Part shown: positions 48,331-60,400 of the stretch, one piece after another
Layout of the letters: each line of letters begins with the position of its first letter
Position numbering within the stretch: position 1 is the stretch's first letter
From: Podarcis muralis
Taxonomy: Eukaryota
Direction: 5' to 3'
DNA: 64,000 bases
Assembly: GCF_964188315.1 (NCBI RefSeq)
Contig: NC_135668.1
Location: 5,766,001 to 5,830,000, forward strand
Translations under genes and position numbers: made by a program
Notes under the pieces: model-generated
Seen by the model: the letters and a program-made list of their open reading frames with translations, nothing else
Database searches by the model: none
Told to the model about the DNA's origin: nothing

Positions 48331-48414
48331 CTATTTATAAAATTAATTGCAAAACGCTTTGGGCGCATGTGGAGCTAATCATTAAAACCAATCGTTGACA
48401 ATACTAATTGATGC

Positions 48415-48980
48415 CCAATGGTGGCCAATGAATCAACAGAGTGGTGCAGCAGCAGAAAGGGCTAATGCTACTCTACTCTGCATCAACAGAGGGAAAGAAT
48501 AGTACCACTTTATTCTGCAGAATACACCTGGAGTCCTGTGTCCAGTTCTAGGCACCACAATTTAGGAAGGGTGTTGACAAACGTATGCAGAGGAGGGCGA
48601 CCAAGATGATCAAAGATCTACAAACCAAGCCTTACGAGGAACTGTTGAGAGCAGATATGATTGGCCACCTTCAAATATCTTAAGGGCTGTCCCATGGAGG
48701 ATGGAGAAAGCTTGTTTTCTCCTGCTCTGGAGGGTAGGACTCGAACCAACTGATTCAAGTTACAAGAAAGGGGATTCTGGCTAAACATCAGGAAGAACTT
48801 TCTGAAAGTAAGAGCTGTTTGAGTGAAGCAGATTCCAACAAGAGGTGTTGGACTCTCCTTTGGAAGTTTTTAAGCAGAGGTTGGACGGCCATCTTTTACG
48901 GCTGCTTTACCTGTAAATCCTGCATTGCAGGGGTGGACTAGTTGACCCTTGGGGTCCCTTCCGACTCTAAAATTCTCTGA
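48415..48980 (+). mobile_element. CR1 LINE 3' fragment just upstream of the POLR2M promoter
   Basis: …gtgtccagttctaggcaccacaatttaggaagg…cagaggagggcgaccaagatgatc…gaagaactttctgaaagtaagagctg…gactctaaaattct tail. Confidence 0.85.
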
Positions 48981-49133
48981 GTGAGAGCTAGAGTTTTTAG
49001 TTTTATAAGTGCCTCAGAGCACATGTAGAACTATTTCCTTTGAGGTGAACTAGCATCCCCTTACTGCTGTTTTTTTAGAAAATATACTGTTCCTTAGAGT
49101 GAAGGCACAATGGTTTGCCCCCTTGGGAAGACT

Positions 49134-49450
49134 TAAAGGTAAAGGGACCTCTGACTGTTCGGTCCAGTTGTGGCTGATTCTGAGGTTGCGGCGCTCATCT
49201 CACTTTATTGGCCGAGGGAGCCGGTGTACAGCTTCTGGGTCATGTGGCCAGCATGACTAAGCCGCTTCTGGTGAACTAGAGCAGCGCACGGAAACGCCCT
49301 TTACCTTCCCGCCGGAGCGGTACCTATTTATCTACTTGCACTCTGACATGCTTTCGAACTGCTAGGTGGGCAGGAACTGGGACCAAGCAACGGGAGCTCA
49401 CTCCGTCGCGGGGATTCGAACCGCCAAGCTTCTGATTGGCAAGTCCTGGA
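49134..49450 (-). mobile_element. Sauria SINE, 5'-truncated
   Basis: taaaggtaaagggacc…gtacctatttatctacttgcac…gggattcgaaccgcc. Confidence 0.9.
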
Positions 49451-49454
49451 CTTA

Positions 49455-49618
49455 GGAAGCTGCTTTATACCAAGTCAGATTGTTGTCACACTGACTGGCA
49501 GCAGCTCTCCAGTGTTTCAGGCAGGGTTCCCTCCTAACCATACCTGGAGATACTGAGGATTGAACCTGGGACCATCTGCCTGCTGCAAAGTGGAGGCTCT
49601 GCCACTGAGCTACAAGCC
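49455..49618 (-). mobile_element. tRNA-derived SINE
   Basis: aggaagctgctttatacc…actgactggcagcagctctccag…tacctggagat…ggattgaacctgggacc…ccactgagctacaagccc. Confidence 0.75.
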
Positions 49619-50489
49619 CTTCTATTCAAACATGGATATGGGGACATGGCTGGCTTTAGGTGAAGAAGTCCCAGCTCTCACAGAAATACTGAAGCCAGAC
49701 AGACTCACGTTCTGGCCTTACGCCTCCCGTTTCTTCAAACCTTCCTGGAGAAAGCTCAGCACTTAGTGGATCTGCTTCCATCCTAAACATCCAAGCTCCC
49801 GCTGAAAGAGGCAGGCTTCCTTCCTTCCTTCCCTCTGGGATGAGGTCCAAGCCACAGCCCATCCTGTTTATCAGATATTTGGCTGAACAGTAACTGCATC
49901 ATCACATTTCCGTTTTCCAACTGATTGTACTGGTCTGCGCTTTCTTTTCTAAGAAGAAAAAGCCACCAAACTGGGAGGGTTTTCCTAATATTTCCTAATA
50001 TTTATTCTAAGTGAATAGGTTTCAGAAAGTTCAGATCAGCAAAAACAAAGCAGGCCACAGCCAAAAGTGTAAAATGTGCTCTGCAAAGGATGTTTCTTCT
50101 TGAGAAGAAATTACAGCCACCTGATCAAAAGTGAATCCTTCTGAGTTCAGTGGACCCTACTTCTGACCTGAGCAAGCAAGCAAAATGTGAAATAGGGCAT
50201 TATCACTTTGCGGTAGTGTACAGTACTTGGCAAAAGTATCCTATGTGCATAGCTGCTGTGCAACAGACACAGCTACAGATATAGTATTTATTTATCCCAC
50301 TTTTTTGAAATGTGGTAGTGTCTGAGGTTCCCAACACCCATAAATGCATGACAGTATCAAAATAAATTCTGCAAGACCAAGCCTAACAATATGAAGGGGA
50401 ACCCATCAAAACAAGAGAGCCAAAAGCCCCTTAAGAATTAACCCTAGTCAAACCAAAGTATTGCCTGAACAAAACGTTTTCCCCACTGT

Positions 50490-50700
50490 TATCCTTGCCA
50501 GGGCTGGATCAGGAGGAAGGGGGCCCATCTAGTCCAGCAGCCTTGTTCTCACTGTGGCCACCCAGATGCCTTTGGGAAACAAACAAGTGGGACCCGAGCC
50601 CAAGAGCCCTCTCCCCTCCTGCAGCTGGGACTCAGAAGCATTACGGTCTCCGACTATGGAGGCAGAGCATAGCCACTGTGGCTAGCAGTCCTTGAAGGAA
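50490..50700 (-). mobile_element. CR1-type 3' fragment
   Basis: gctggatcagg…ggcccatctagtccagc…gttctcactgtggcc…ggaggcagagcatagcc. Confidence 0.7.
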
Positions 50701-51368
50701 GGAGTTTTACCACTACAGAAAAGGCCCACTGTCTCCCCACCAGCCTCACTTTGGAAGAGGGGTGCAAAACCAGTTTCAGCCCAAGAGCCACATTCCCTTT
50801 TGGACAACAGAGCTGGGGGCATTCTGGTGATGGGCAGAGCCAGATGCAAAAAATGGATTGGGGTAGGGGGATGACACTTTGTACAATAGATATAGACCCC
50901 CATCCCCATCTTCCATCTAGCCAAGCAAAAGCACACAATACAACAGGATAAAAGCACTCAAGGGTGGGGGCATGCGGAAGGACTGGTGAGAGGCATGGCC
51001 CCCCCTTGCCTTAGAAGTTGGTGGATAACATGTGAGTAAAGTGGCCTCATCAGGTGATCTCGGTAGACAAGGCAGCTTCATAGATGAGGTCTTTTTGGTG
51101 TCCTATAGGCTTGGCCTTGAGAGACACCAGCTCCATATCAAAGGGAGAAATGTTTTTTCTCTGTTGACTTACACCTAGCCAACAGTCCAAATTTGGATCA
51201 TGAACTCTTTTGGGCAGGAATCTCTTTTGCTAACATTGCTCTGTAAAGTGCCATTTAAACCCTATACACAAATCTCAAAACTGAAATGCACTTAGAATCT
51301 AGTGGTTCAACTTTGGGGGAAGGCAGTTGAGTCTGCCTGGGGAAAACCCAGACTCTAGTCCTCTACTG

Positions 51369-51502
51369 CAGTTTCCCAAACTTGGGTCTTTAACTGTTGT
51401 TGGACTACAACTCCCATCATCCCTAGCTAGCAGGACCAGTGGTTAGAGATGATGGGAATTGTAGTCCAAAAACAGCTGGAGACCCAAGTTTGGGGAACCC
51501 TG
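51369..51502. mobile_element. hAT-type palindromic MITE
   Basis: 8-bp near-TSD CTCTACTG / CTCTATTG, with the GGACTACAACTCCC core. Confidence 0.85.
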
Positions 51503-52259
51503 CTCTATTGTATCAGGTGGTCTTTGTTTTGTATTGCTCTAAAGGTACTCAGAAGTTGAACTTATTTTAATTTAGCTAAGGACAAGATGTTGATGTGAGG
51601 GAAAAGACACAGAATTCTTAGAGAAAAGAAAGCATATATTTGTGTGACCATAACTTTAATTCAAAATCATGCGACAGACAGCATCAGCCATGTGAGGCAA
51701 TCAGAGAGCAACCTCATTAGCACCTCCGTAGTGGCAGAGAAATTCTCTGCCCACACGCTTCCAAGTTACAATTGAAATAATTGCAGCAGTCATCATTCAG
51801 CTGCAAGAATGTGAACTACATTCCCCTCCTCGTTTCAAAGTCCACACTCATATCTGACTTGGCAGGTGTTTTCCAGTATATTTCGGGAGGTGCCCTTCTT
51901 ACAATATCAGTATTTAAATAGAAATAAAACTTCAGCAAAGTGAAGTCACAGAGCCAAGGTCATCTTCAGGGGTGACTTGGGGTTTCCCCTGTCAAAATAG
52001 GAAGTTTCAGTTCTGCCTTTGCTAAGGGGTAGCTTTTGGCCCGTTATATCCTGCTTGGTTTGCACAGTTGGAAGAGTGTTGTAGAAAATTTCCATATCCA
52101 TTCATATTTCAACTCTTAACAAGTTTGTTCATCATTTTTAGGCAAGCTCACATTTATTCCTCTTCCATTGAATATGTAATGTGCAAGCTAATTTGCCAAA
52201 TGTGCTATCTATCCAAGGAGGTAGTACCATTTTCAATTGAATTGTTTTCATTTCATTTA

Positions 52260-52485
52260 CAGTAGTACCTCAGGTTACACACGATTCAGGTTACACACTC
52301 CGCTAACCCAGAAATAGTGCTTCAGCTTAAGAACTTTGCTTCAGGATAAGAACAGAAATTGGGCTCTGGCGGTGCGGCGGCAGCAGGAGGCCCCATTAGC
52401 TAAAGTGGTGCTTCAGGTTAAGAACAGTTTCAGGTTAAGAACGGACCTCCAGAACGAATTAAGTACTTAACCCGAGGTACCACTG
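52260..52485 (-). mobile_element. Tc1/mariner MITE with TA TSD
   Basis: TA-CAGTAGTACCTCAGG…CCGAGGTACCACTG-TA. Confidence 0.9.
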
Positions 52486-52797
52486 TATTTATTTCAGCCA
52501 TTTATACAGTGCTTCACCCCTTAGGGTTGCATCCATTGCTAGTCCTAATCACAGTAGACCCTGAAATCTCTGAAATCTTCCTGGTAGGGCTGAACCTATG
52601 GTTCACAACACCTATGGCTTTCCCTGGACTGGGATAGCCCAGCCTTGGTCCATGCACTAGTGACCTCCCTCTTGGACAACTGCAGGACACTCTACATGAG
52701 ACTGCCCTTCAATACTGTCCGGAAACCAGCTAGAGTAGAATGCAGTAGTTGGTGAGTGGAGCAGTCTGGTGGGATTATGTGTTTTTAGCAAAAAGAG

Positions 52798-53147
52798 AAG
52801 ACTCTTGAGTGTCCCATGGACTGCAAGAAGATCAAACGCATCCATTCTTAAGGAAATCAGCCCTGAGTGCTCACTGGAAGGACAGATCGTGAAGCTGAGG
52901 CTCCAGTACTTTGGCCACCTCATGAGAAGAGAAGACTCCCTGGAGAAGACACTGATGCTGGGAAAGATGGAGGGCACAAGGAGAAGGGGGCGACAGAGGA
53001 CGAGATGGTTGGATAGTGTTTTCGAGGTTACCAGCATGAGTTTGACCAAACTGCGGGAGGCAGTGGAAGACAGAGGTGCCTGGCGTGCTCTGGTCCATGG
53101 GGTCACGAAGAGGCGGACACGACTAAACGACTAAACAACAACAACAA
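52798..53147 (+). mobile_element. Bov-B LINE 3' fragment with TSD
   Basis: ORF 52769..53134 encodes the Bov-B C-terminus. (CAA)n tail. 11-bp TSD AGCAAAAAGAG at 52787-52797 and 53148-53158. Confidence 0.95.
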
Positions 53148-53714
53148 AGCAAAAAGAGTTTGTGTCACATCTAGAGAAGCGGGACCATTCCTGTACACCT
53201 GAACAGCTTAACAGCTGAAGACCAGTAGGGAAGCTTTGAGAAGTTTGGACATAACCTGCAGTCCCACAATTCCTGTAAACATCGCTAGCAGATTCAGCCA
53301 AGACTTGAAATTATTTTTCCCCTCTCTGCCTTTGTGGATTATACAGTCTCAGTGATGGTGACTGTGGAAACTCTCACAACCTGTTCTGTATTTACTTCCT
53401 TCTTTTCATCATAGTTTTATTTGCTCCCTGATTTGGATTGCTTTTTTGTTGCTAATTTATGGACCTGCTATAAAGACACAAAGGTGGGGTTGGTGTGCTG
53501 AAATACGCTCAGATAATTTCAGTTAATCATAAGAAAATCACTGTAGTGTGCTCCTTTTTAATTAGTGTTAATTAAACTTAAAAATATTCCAAACCAAGGC
53601 CAACAAACTCTATTCATTAAGTTTCTACACTGCCCTTTCTCCCAAAGCAACCCAGGGCAGCAAACAAGGCAGAAAAACAATACAATTAAAGTAAGTGAAA
53701 TGATTTTAAAACAT

Positions 53715-53935
53715 TAAGACATGCAGTGCTTTCAGGACTCGTGACGCATAATCCCATCAGACTGCCCTCCTCACCAACTACTGTGTTCTACTCTAGCTGC
53801 AGTTTCTGGACAGTGTTCAAGGGCAGTCTCACGTAGAGTACACTGTAGTAGTCCAAGAGGGAGGTTACTAGAGCATGGACTGAGGCCAGGCTATCCCAGT
53901 CTAGGAATAGCCACAGGTGGTGAACCAAATTTTAC
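53715..53935 (-). mobile_element. Old L2 fragment
   Basis: The reverse complement gives degenerate …SRLDY…LPLNTVQKLQLE.N… motifs. Confidence 0.65.
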
Positions 53936-53988
53936 ACTTACATGGGAGTTGTGAAGGCCACCAGAGGGAGAGGAAGTAACAGTTAGGC

Positions 53989-54124
53989 CAGGCTTAGGCA
54001 AACTCGGCTCTCCAGATGTTTTAGGACTACAACTCCCATCATCCCTAGCTAACAGGACCAGTGGTCAGGGATGATGGGAATTGTAGTCTCAAAACATCTG
54101 GAGGGCCGGATTTGCCTATGCCTG
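53989..54124. mobile_element. hAT-type palindromic MITE with perfect 8-bp TSD
   Basis: TSD AGTTAGGC at 53981-53988 and 54125-54132. TIR CAGGCTTAGGCAAA / TTTGCCTATGCCTG. Confidence 0.92.
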
Positions 54125-54224
54125 AGTTAGGCACTCTCCACTTTGCCTGGATATACCTCCAGCTGCCTCCCTCCACCTGCCAACTACCATTACTGAGAGT
54201 AGCAGCAGGCCTTCCATTGTGCTT

Positions 54225-54835
54225 AGATCTCTTTATTTTAAAGATGTCTACCCCTGCTTTTCATCACCTAGCTCTCAAAGCGGCTTACAGCAATAAAAAT
54301 ATAATCAATGCAACATAAATTAAAACTCATAAATTTAAACGAAAACATCAGAAAATTTTGAAACGCCAGAAAAGCATTCATGATGTAACAGCCTCCTGAA
54401 ATATGATTTTAACCAGGGACCTGAAACTCATCAGGGGTGGTGCCTGTCTGACTTCTAGAAGCAGGGAACTCCAAAGTTGGGCCCAGAACACTGAAGGCAC
54501 AACTTCTCATTGACATAAGTCAAGCTTCTGCTCCATGGGGACCCTGTTCTCCCAGATGATCTCAGTGATCAACTTGGGATGTCTAGGGCAAGGGGATTCT
54601 TAAGGTGTCCTGGGCTTTGTACACCATTATCATTTATTTTTAATTTATTTATTAAATGTGCATACCACCCTTCATCCAAGGATCACAGGGCGGTTCTATA
54701 TTGCAAAATGTGTAACATAGCAACAAAGAAAAATAATACCCACCCCGGCTCCAGTATAAAAGGTCATATGTTGTTTAATTAGCCAAAGGCCTAGCAGAAG
54801 AGTGTTTTTTTGCTTGGTGCCTAAAGGAGTCAAGG
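54225..54835 (-). mobile_element. Two L2-type 3' fragments
   Basis: tttatt…cccctgcttttc…gcggcttacagc…gggaactccaaag; and tttattaaatgtgcataccacccttcatcc…gggcggtt…ttagccaaaggcc. Confidence 0.55.
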
Positions 54836-56115
54836 TCCCAGCAGATGCAAGCAATTTTATCCTTAAAACTGCTTTGCAAACAAGTCACAGCGAGCTACCA
54901 CCTTCTGTCACCTTCTTCTGGAGAGACTGTGAAATGTCCTGCACCACCTGGAAAAGCTCTGCTGGATGGAACAAAGAGGATGCAATGGAGATAGTAAAGT
55001 ATTCCTTCTTTGCTGCCTTCATTGCCACTAGGTAGGCTCAATGACAAGCCCTTGCCAGTGTTTGATTTCCTCCATTATGTTCAAAGAACCCTAGTGCAAG
55101 AACCCGGAATCTGGAGCAGTAGATCTAGTTCCATGACCTGCAGAATTAGTGCATGAATTTGCTGTTCCCACCTCCTCCCTCCTGTTTCTTTTTCCTTTTG
55201 TGTCATGTCTTTTTAGATTGTGAGCTGCTCTGGGAGCTTGTTTGGGCAGAAGAGTGGGTGGAAATGCTTTAAACAAACATACTGGGACTTACTTCTGAGT
55301 AAACATGAGAGTGCTGTTTGCAGGATGTTGGACCAGAAGACCCTTTAGTCTGATTCCAGTAGCAGGACTCTGTTTACGTTTGTAGGACTGCCCCACACAT
55401 GACTCAAGATTTTTTGTCCAAAGTATATGAAGAAAAGGCAAAGCACTAAAAGAGACTGGGCCCTCAAGCCCCATATTTCTTGCCATTTTGAACCCAATCC
55501 ACTTTGCTGCTATATGTACTTACAGTACATATTGTCACATGGTCCTCACTTCTCCAAATGATGAAGATTTCCAGGTGTGCAGGTGCTTTCCAAGTGCTTG
55601 CATTTTTTCGGAGGACGGAACACTAGAGACTTGCGGCATTTTGTATTATCAGATATATTTACAAATGGCAATAAATCAAATCTCCAGAAAGAGGCACACC
55701 CAGGTGCTTTCAACGTTTCAGCTCCCTCAGCGCTGCGCTCTCTCCTTCTGTTGCAGTTTGCTTCACTCAGAGACTTCAGCCTCCTCCCCATGACCGCAAC
55801 AGGAACACCACTCTTCTTCCTCAATCTCTGATGTCTCTCTCTCCATTCAGAACCTTCCAGAACAATCTCAAACTACTTCCTAGGCATTCACTCACGCTGG
55901 AAACCATTAACATTACTTCATCAAATCCCAGACTCTGACCACGAATTGCCTTGGGAAGCCAAGGGCAAAGGCATGATAGTCCCACCCACAGTAACAATTT
56001 CATAACAATATAAATGGAATATATAACATCACAGGGAATATATACTTCATATTTAGGTTTTCCCTCCATTTGTAAATGTAGAATATGTTGCCTTTGGTAC
56101 AATTTGTAAAAAGTA

Positions 56116-56257
56116 TTTATTCAAACAGGCACACTAGAGCCAAGTGGGAAGGAACTGAGGTGGCTGGATGGTATCCTAAGCAATTAGTTCTCTTGTTGCA
56201 GAGTTATCCAAGTGACTCATATGGCCTCAGACTTCCTATATAGTGTTCTTTTTTATT
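56116..56257 (-). terminator. Candidate MYZAP polyadenylation signals (two AATAAA)
   Basis: Minus-strand AATAAA at 56257-56252 and 56121-56116, at the end of an AT-rich, TE-free stretch about 1.0-1.2 kb after the stop. Confidence 0.45.
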
Positions 56258-57289
56258 TACTAATTAAGCAGTGCACATACATGAAAATAACAAGAGCTCT
56301 GTTGAAAGAGTATAGTCAAATGTGAAACACAGTGACAATGGGCCAGAGTCTTTAAAAGCATGGTGCCAATCATTTTAAATCAACATTTCCCGTTAACTCT
56401 TACACAGTGTATTCCTTGAGGAATAGCTAGCCCCTCCAGCACTGATGTTAAATGACATTAAAATACAACATAGCACATTATAAAAATGCATGTACAGTGA
56501 GTTAGTCAAATGTGGCTTAAGCTTCAGTACAAAGGATTTTTAACCATATTTCAGTGGAACAGCATTCAGGGATTTCCAATATACAAAATAATAGGCTTTG
56601 TTAAACAGGAAGGTTATAAATAGACACGTAAGTATTTCCAGGTATTAATACATGAAGAACCAATGCTATATTTCCTGGAGACAGATGAGAGGTGGGTATG
56701 AAAGACTGAAAAAGTCCCTTTGAAAAGAAACTGTGAATCTCAGAAATAAACTTGGTAGTTAACAGATTAGAAAGCTACGTGCCTTGTTGCAGAAACCCAA
56801 CAAATTTCATTCCTTTCCACAAAGCTCACAAGAGCACCACTGGCACGCTTCCTTGGTGGTGGTCCCTGCCTCCCTCTTCAGGAGCGCCGTGGTCCCATTC
56901 AGTGTTTTCAGAATCAGCATCTTAAAGAGCTAAAAAAGCAGAGACTTCCTTCCCAAGCAAACTGCCAATATATCTTTGGCTGTAACTACCACTTTTCCAA
57001 AAAGGAAAAGAGTAACATTGAAATTAATGCCCTTTTCAAGTAAAGAAAATGGCACTTCTGTGAAGTAGAATTAGATTAAAGTTCAAACGAGAAATGAGTT
57101 TCCATGTGCAGTTAGGATTGCTGTCCAGCAGCCTCTCCTTCAGGTGTGCTCAAAATGTGGCAGGTGACTTTGCATACTCCTTCCTCTGAAAAAGGAACAG
57201 GGGCAGAGCTTTTGCTCACCTTTGGTTCCCTTGCAAATAAATACAGGGCAGCTTCATGAACAAAGTGTCTGAAAGGCTTCTCTGCCTCA

Positions 57290-57461
57290 TCAGTCCTTCA
57301 AGCTGCAGAGTTTCAAGACGCTGGAACACGTGTGAGGAGTTCCTGGGCCTGGAATGATGGCAGTTGTGCTGCGCTTTGACGAATACTCCAAGACTCTCTT
57401 GAATGGAGTGTATGTCCTGGCAGGCTTTGATGTCTCGGAAGATGTGCCGCTGTTCTCAGTG
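57290..57461 (-). CDS. MYZAP: MYZAP terminal coding exon
   Basis: Acceptor TTTTCATTCCTAG|C completes the AGC codon. Encodes (S)TENSGTSSETSKPARTYTPFKRVLEYSSKRSTTAIIPGPGTPHTCSSVLKLCSLKD*, with TGA at 57292-57290. Confidence 0.88.
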
Positions 57462-60400
57462 CTAGGAATGAAAACCAACAGCACAAAATGTTAGACACTC
57501 GAGAAATCAACCAATACTGTTTGGCTGATCAAAACCAATGAAAAGGAATCCACAACAAATATAACTCTTTCCTTGAGCCAGTAGAGTGAGGAAAGTCCTT
57601 CATGCAGCTCAGCTGGTAACCAGAAACAAATCTTCTACATGTTTTAGAAAATTGTTTGATGGTTCGTTATAGAGTCTGTTCAATATTTGGAGACCTTAAC
57701 ATATCAAAACCAGATTTTGCATGATGGTTCCTGAGACCAAGGAGCAAGTCTTGATCTATCTTTGGATACACCTGGATGCCATTTTGAATCAAAATGTTGG
57801 ACTGAACCTTTCAAAACTGCACTGGTTTTTGGTTTCTTGGAATTCCCAAGCAGCACTGGGTATGAGGCTGCTAGTTCTTTATTTTTTAAAAAAGACATAG
57901 CATGTTGGAAGAATTGCATCTAACATGTAACTTACATGGCAGCCCACTGCAGTCCACCTTTAGTCTCCAGACACTGAACTGGAAAAGTGGGGAGAACAGT
58001 GATGCATGCTGGGAAAAGCTCTGCTCCCTAAACCCCAGGGGCGGGTAATTTGACTCTCAATTTTTTTACACTGCAACACCCACAGGAATTGACAATAACT
58101 GGCTTACAAAAGGCTGACCTAGTGAGCCCCACAAAAGATGACTTCAATCACCCCCCTCCCAAAGTGTAGGTAGAAGATCTACCTATCATGCAAATCAAGG
58201 TAAACAATAACCTTTGGTTCATATGTGGGTTATTAAGTACCTGGGCAAATAAGACAATACTTGTATCATACTTCCTGGGGAACCAGCATAAAAACATCAC
58301 ACCTGAGGCACAATAGCAATCTCAAGAAGAGCTTCAAATGAATTTTTAACTAATAAGGGTAGGGAAAGCTCAGCCTTTGTCTCCTTTCTCCCCTTCTCTT
58401 CCAGCCATTCCTTTGAAACCAGACTCCAAAAAAAGAGAACAGATTCTGGCACATGCTTGGAACTTCTTTCTGCACACACCCACCATTCTCCTCTGCTTCC
58501 CACTGCAGTCTTACTCAGAGCAACTGAATGTCAGAGCTTGTGGGTCCCAAGAGCTGAAAAATCGTAAGAGAACCTGAAGCAGAGGAACTCTGGCCTGCAT
58601 GCTTTGGCCCTAGAATCAACACCCACCCACACCCACTAGTCATTTAGTCATTTGCAACTGCAGGAACTCCTCTGATTCCCAACCCTTTAAATCTACTCTA
58701 GTGAGCAACCTCTCTCTCTTTCTCTGTTCTCCACTGGAGATCTCTTTCTCCACTTTGGGGGTTTGAGTGCAGTAGATTATTGGAGGGGGGAGCCCAAGGA
58801 ACACACTATTTAGTGTGTAATTGAACTTCCTTTCCCCACCCTACCTTAATATATCTTGTACTTCAGCATTCAACTCAAGCTCTTGGTGTGAATTCCTGGA
58901 ACCTGGAACCATGTGCCAGGGTGGCACACGGTCAACCCACAGAAAGCATTCCCCTCTTACAAGTCTGTTTAAGGGTCACATGTGAAGTACATGCAAGTCC
59001 CCAGAGACACATGCATTCAGAGACTTCAGCATTCAAACTGGAATCTGATTAAGAACTTTCCCCCCAGGAACTAGAAGTTATTATTTATGTATAAGAACTT
59101 GCAAAAGACTTTATTTAAACAGATGTTTTACCAGTGATCCATAGTTGTTGGTATTAATTGCTACTTAACACTTTTGCACATGGTTGAAAACTTATAATTA
59201 GTATAGTATAGGTTGTATTTGGGTATTATTGGGTCTCTTTATTTCGTTCTGCAGAAAATACATTAAGCCTATGCCTGATGAATGGCAATTAGCTATTCAT
59301 AAAGAGCGTGAAAAAAGCCTCTTCCTGGTTGGTTGGTTTTACTGGCATTTGCCAAGTTGCTACAAACTGAGGAACATCTGCCACGTTCCCCATACACATT
59401 CTTTTGGTTTAGGGCCTTAAGCCATAAAAAATCATTAATTCTTATTTACTTATAAAAATTAAACAGGAAAAATAAAGGGCTCCATAAAGCTAAGCAGAGT
59501 AAAGGTCAATGATAAATTTCCAAATGAACCACATATAGATGCTTTGGCACCTTGAGGGTCCCCAGGAAGCATCACATAAATAGCTGTCACACGGCCTGGA
59601 AATTTCTTAACTTGTCTTATTATCGCCGCCTCTAAGCTGAAGCTCTGGAAACCAGCATAGCTGGTTGTTAATGTCAGAAGGGCAAAATCATAACTGAGTA
59701 ATCTTATTAGTGCTTCATTAAACTGCTCTAGTGAAATGACTTATTCAGCGTGCCGCTAAGACTTCAGGCTCCTCTGGCAAGCTGAAACACAGCAAGCATA
59801 TAAAAGTTCATTACGCGTGACAAATCACTGTTCCTCATTTGGCCTTGAAGAAGCACCATTTCACCCACGAAAATGCCCACCTGCCCACGTTCCCCCTCCA
59901 AAAAAACCTTCACAATTCCATGAATTTGCAAAGGGGTGGCAGCTGCTTTAGTTGTCACAGTCTCTCAACGAAGTGGGCTAAAAAGGATTCTCCCTGAATG
60001 GATTCAAGCCCAGATACCTCAGTGGAAGGTCACATCCTACTCCAACATCCCTGGTTTCTACATCAGTCCTTGACTGTGACTCCATCAAGTAATCCAAACG
60101 GTCTTGTAATTCTTTATTCTGAAACAGACAAAGTTGACAACTCAATTCTTCAGTTCAATATCCCAACAGGCCCTGCAATTAATTGTTACACATGCATACT
60201 GTAAAGCAAAGGACTTCCCTCACAGAAATGTTCTTCATTAGTATCTTTTTTAATTTTTGAGAGAAGCTCATGATAGTGTACATGACTCATCCTGCTCCAG
60301 GCCCCACCCCTGTTGCTGAACCCGGTTAGAGATGGTGACCAGTCCCAAGGTCACCCAGGGAGGGCCTCAAACCAGAGTCTCCTCCCCTGTCCTAAGTCAA

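Noticed and set aside
47804-48340. Several 100-135 aa ORFs on both strands at the POLR2M 5' end
   Set aside because: These are the expected stop-poor frames of a CpG island. Only the 86-nt exon has homology and splice support.
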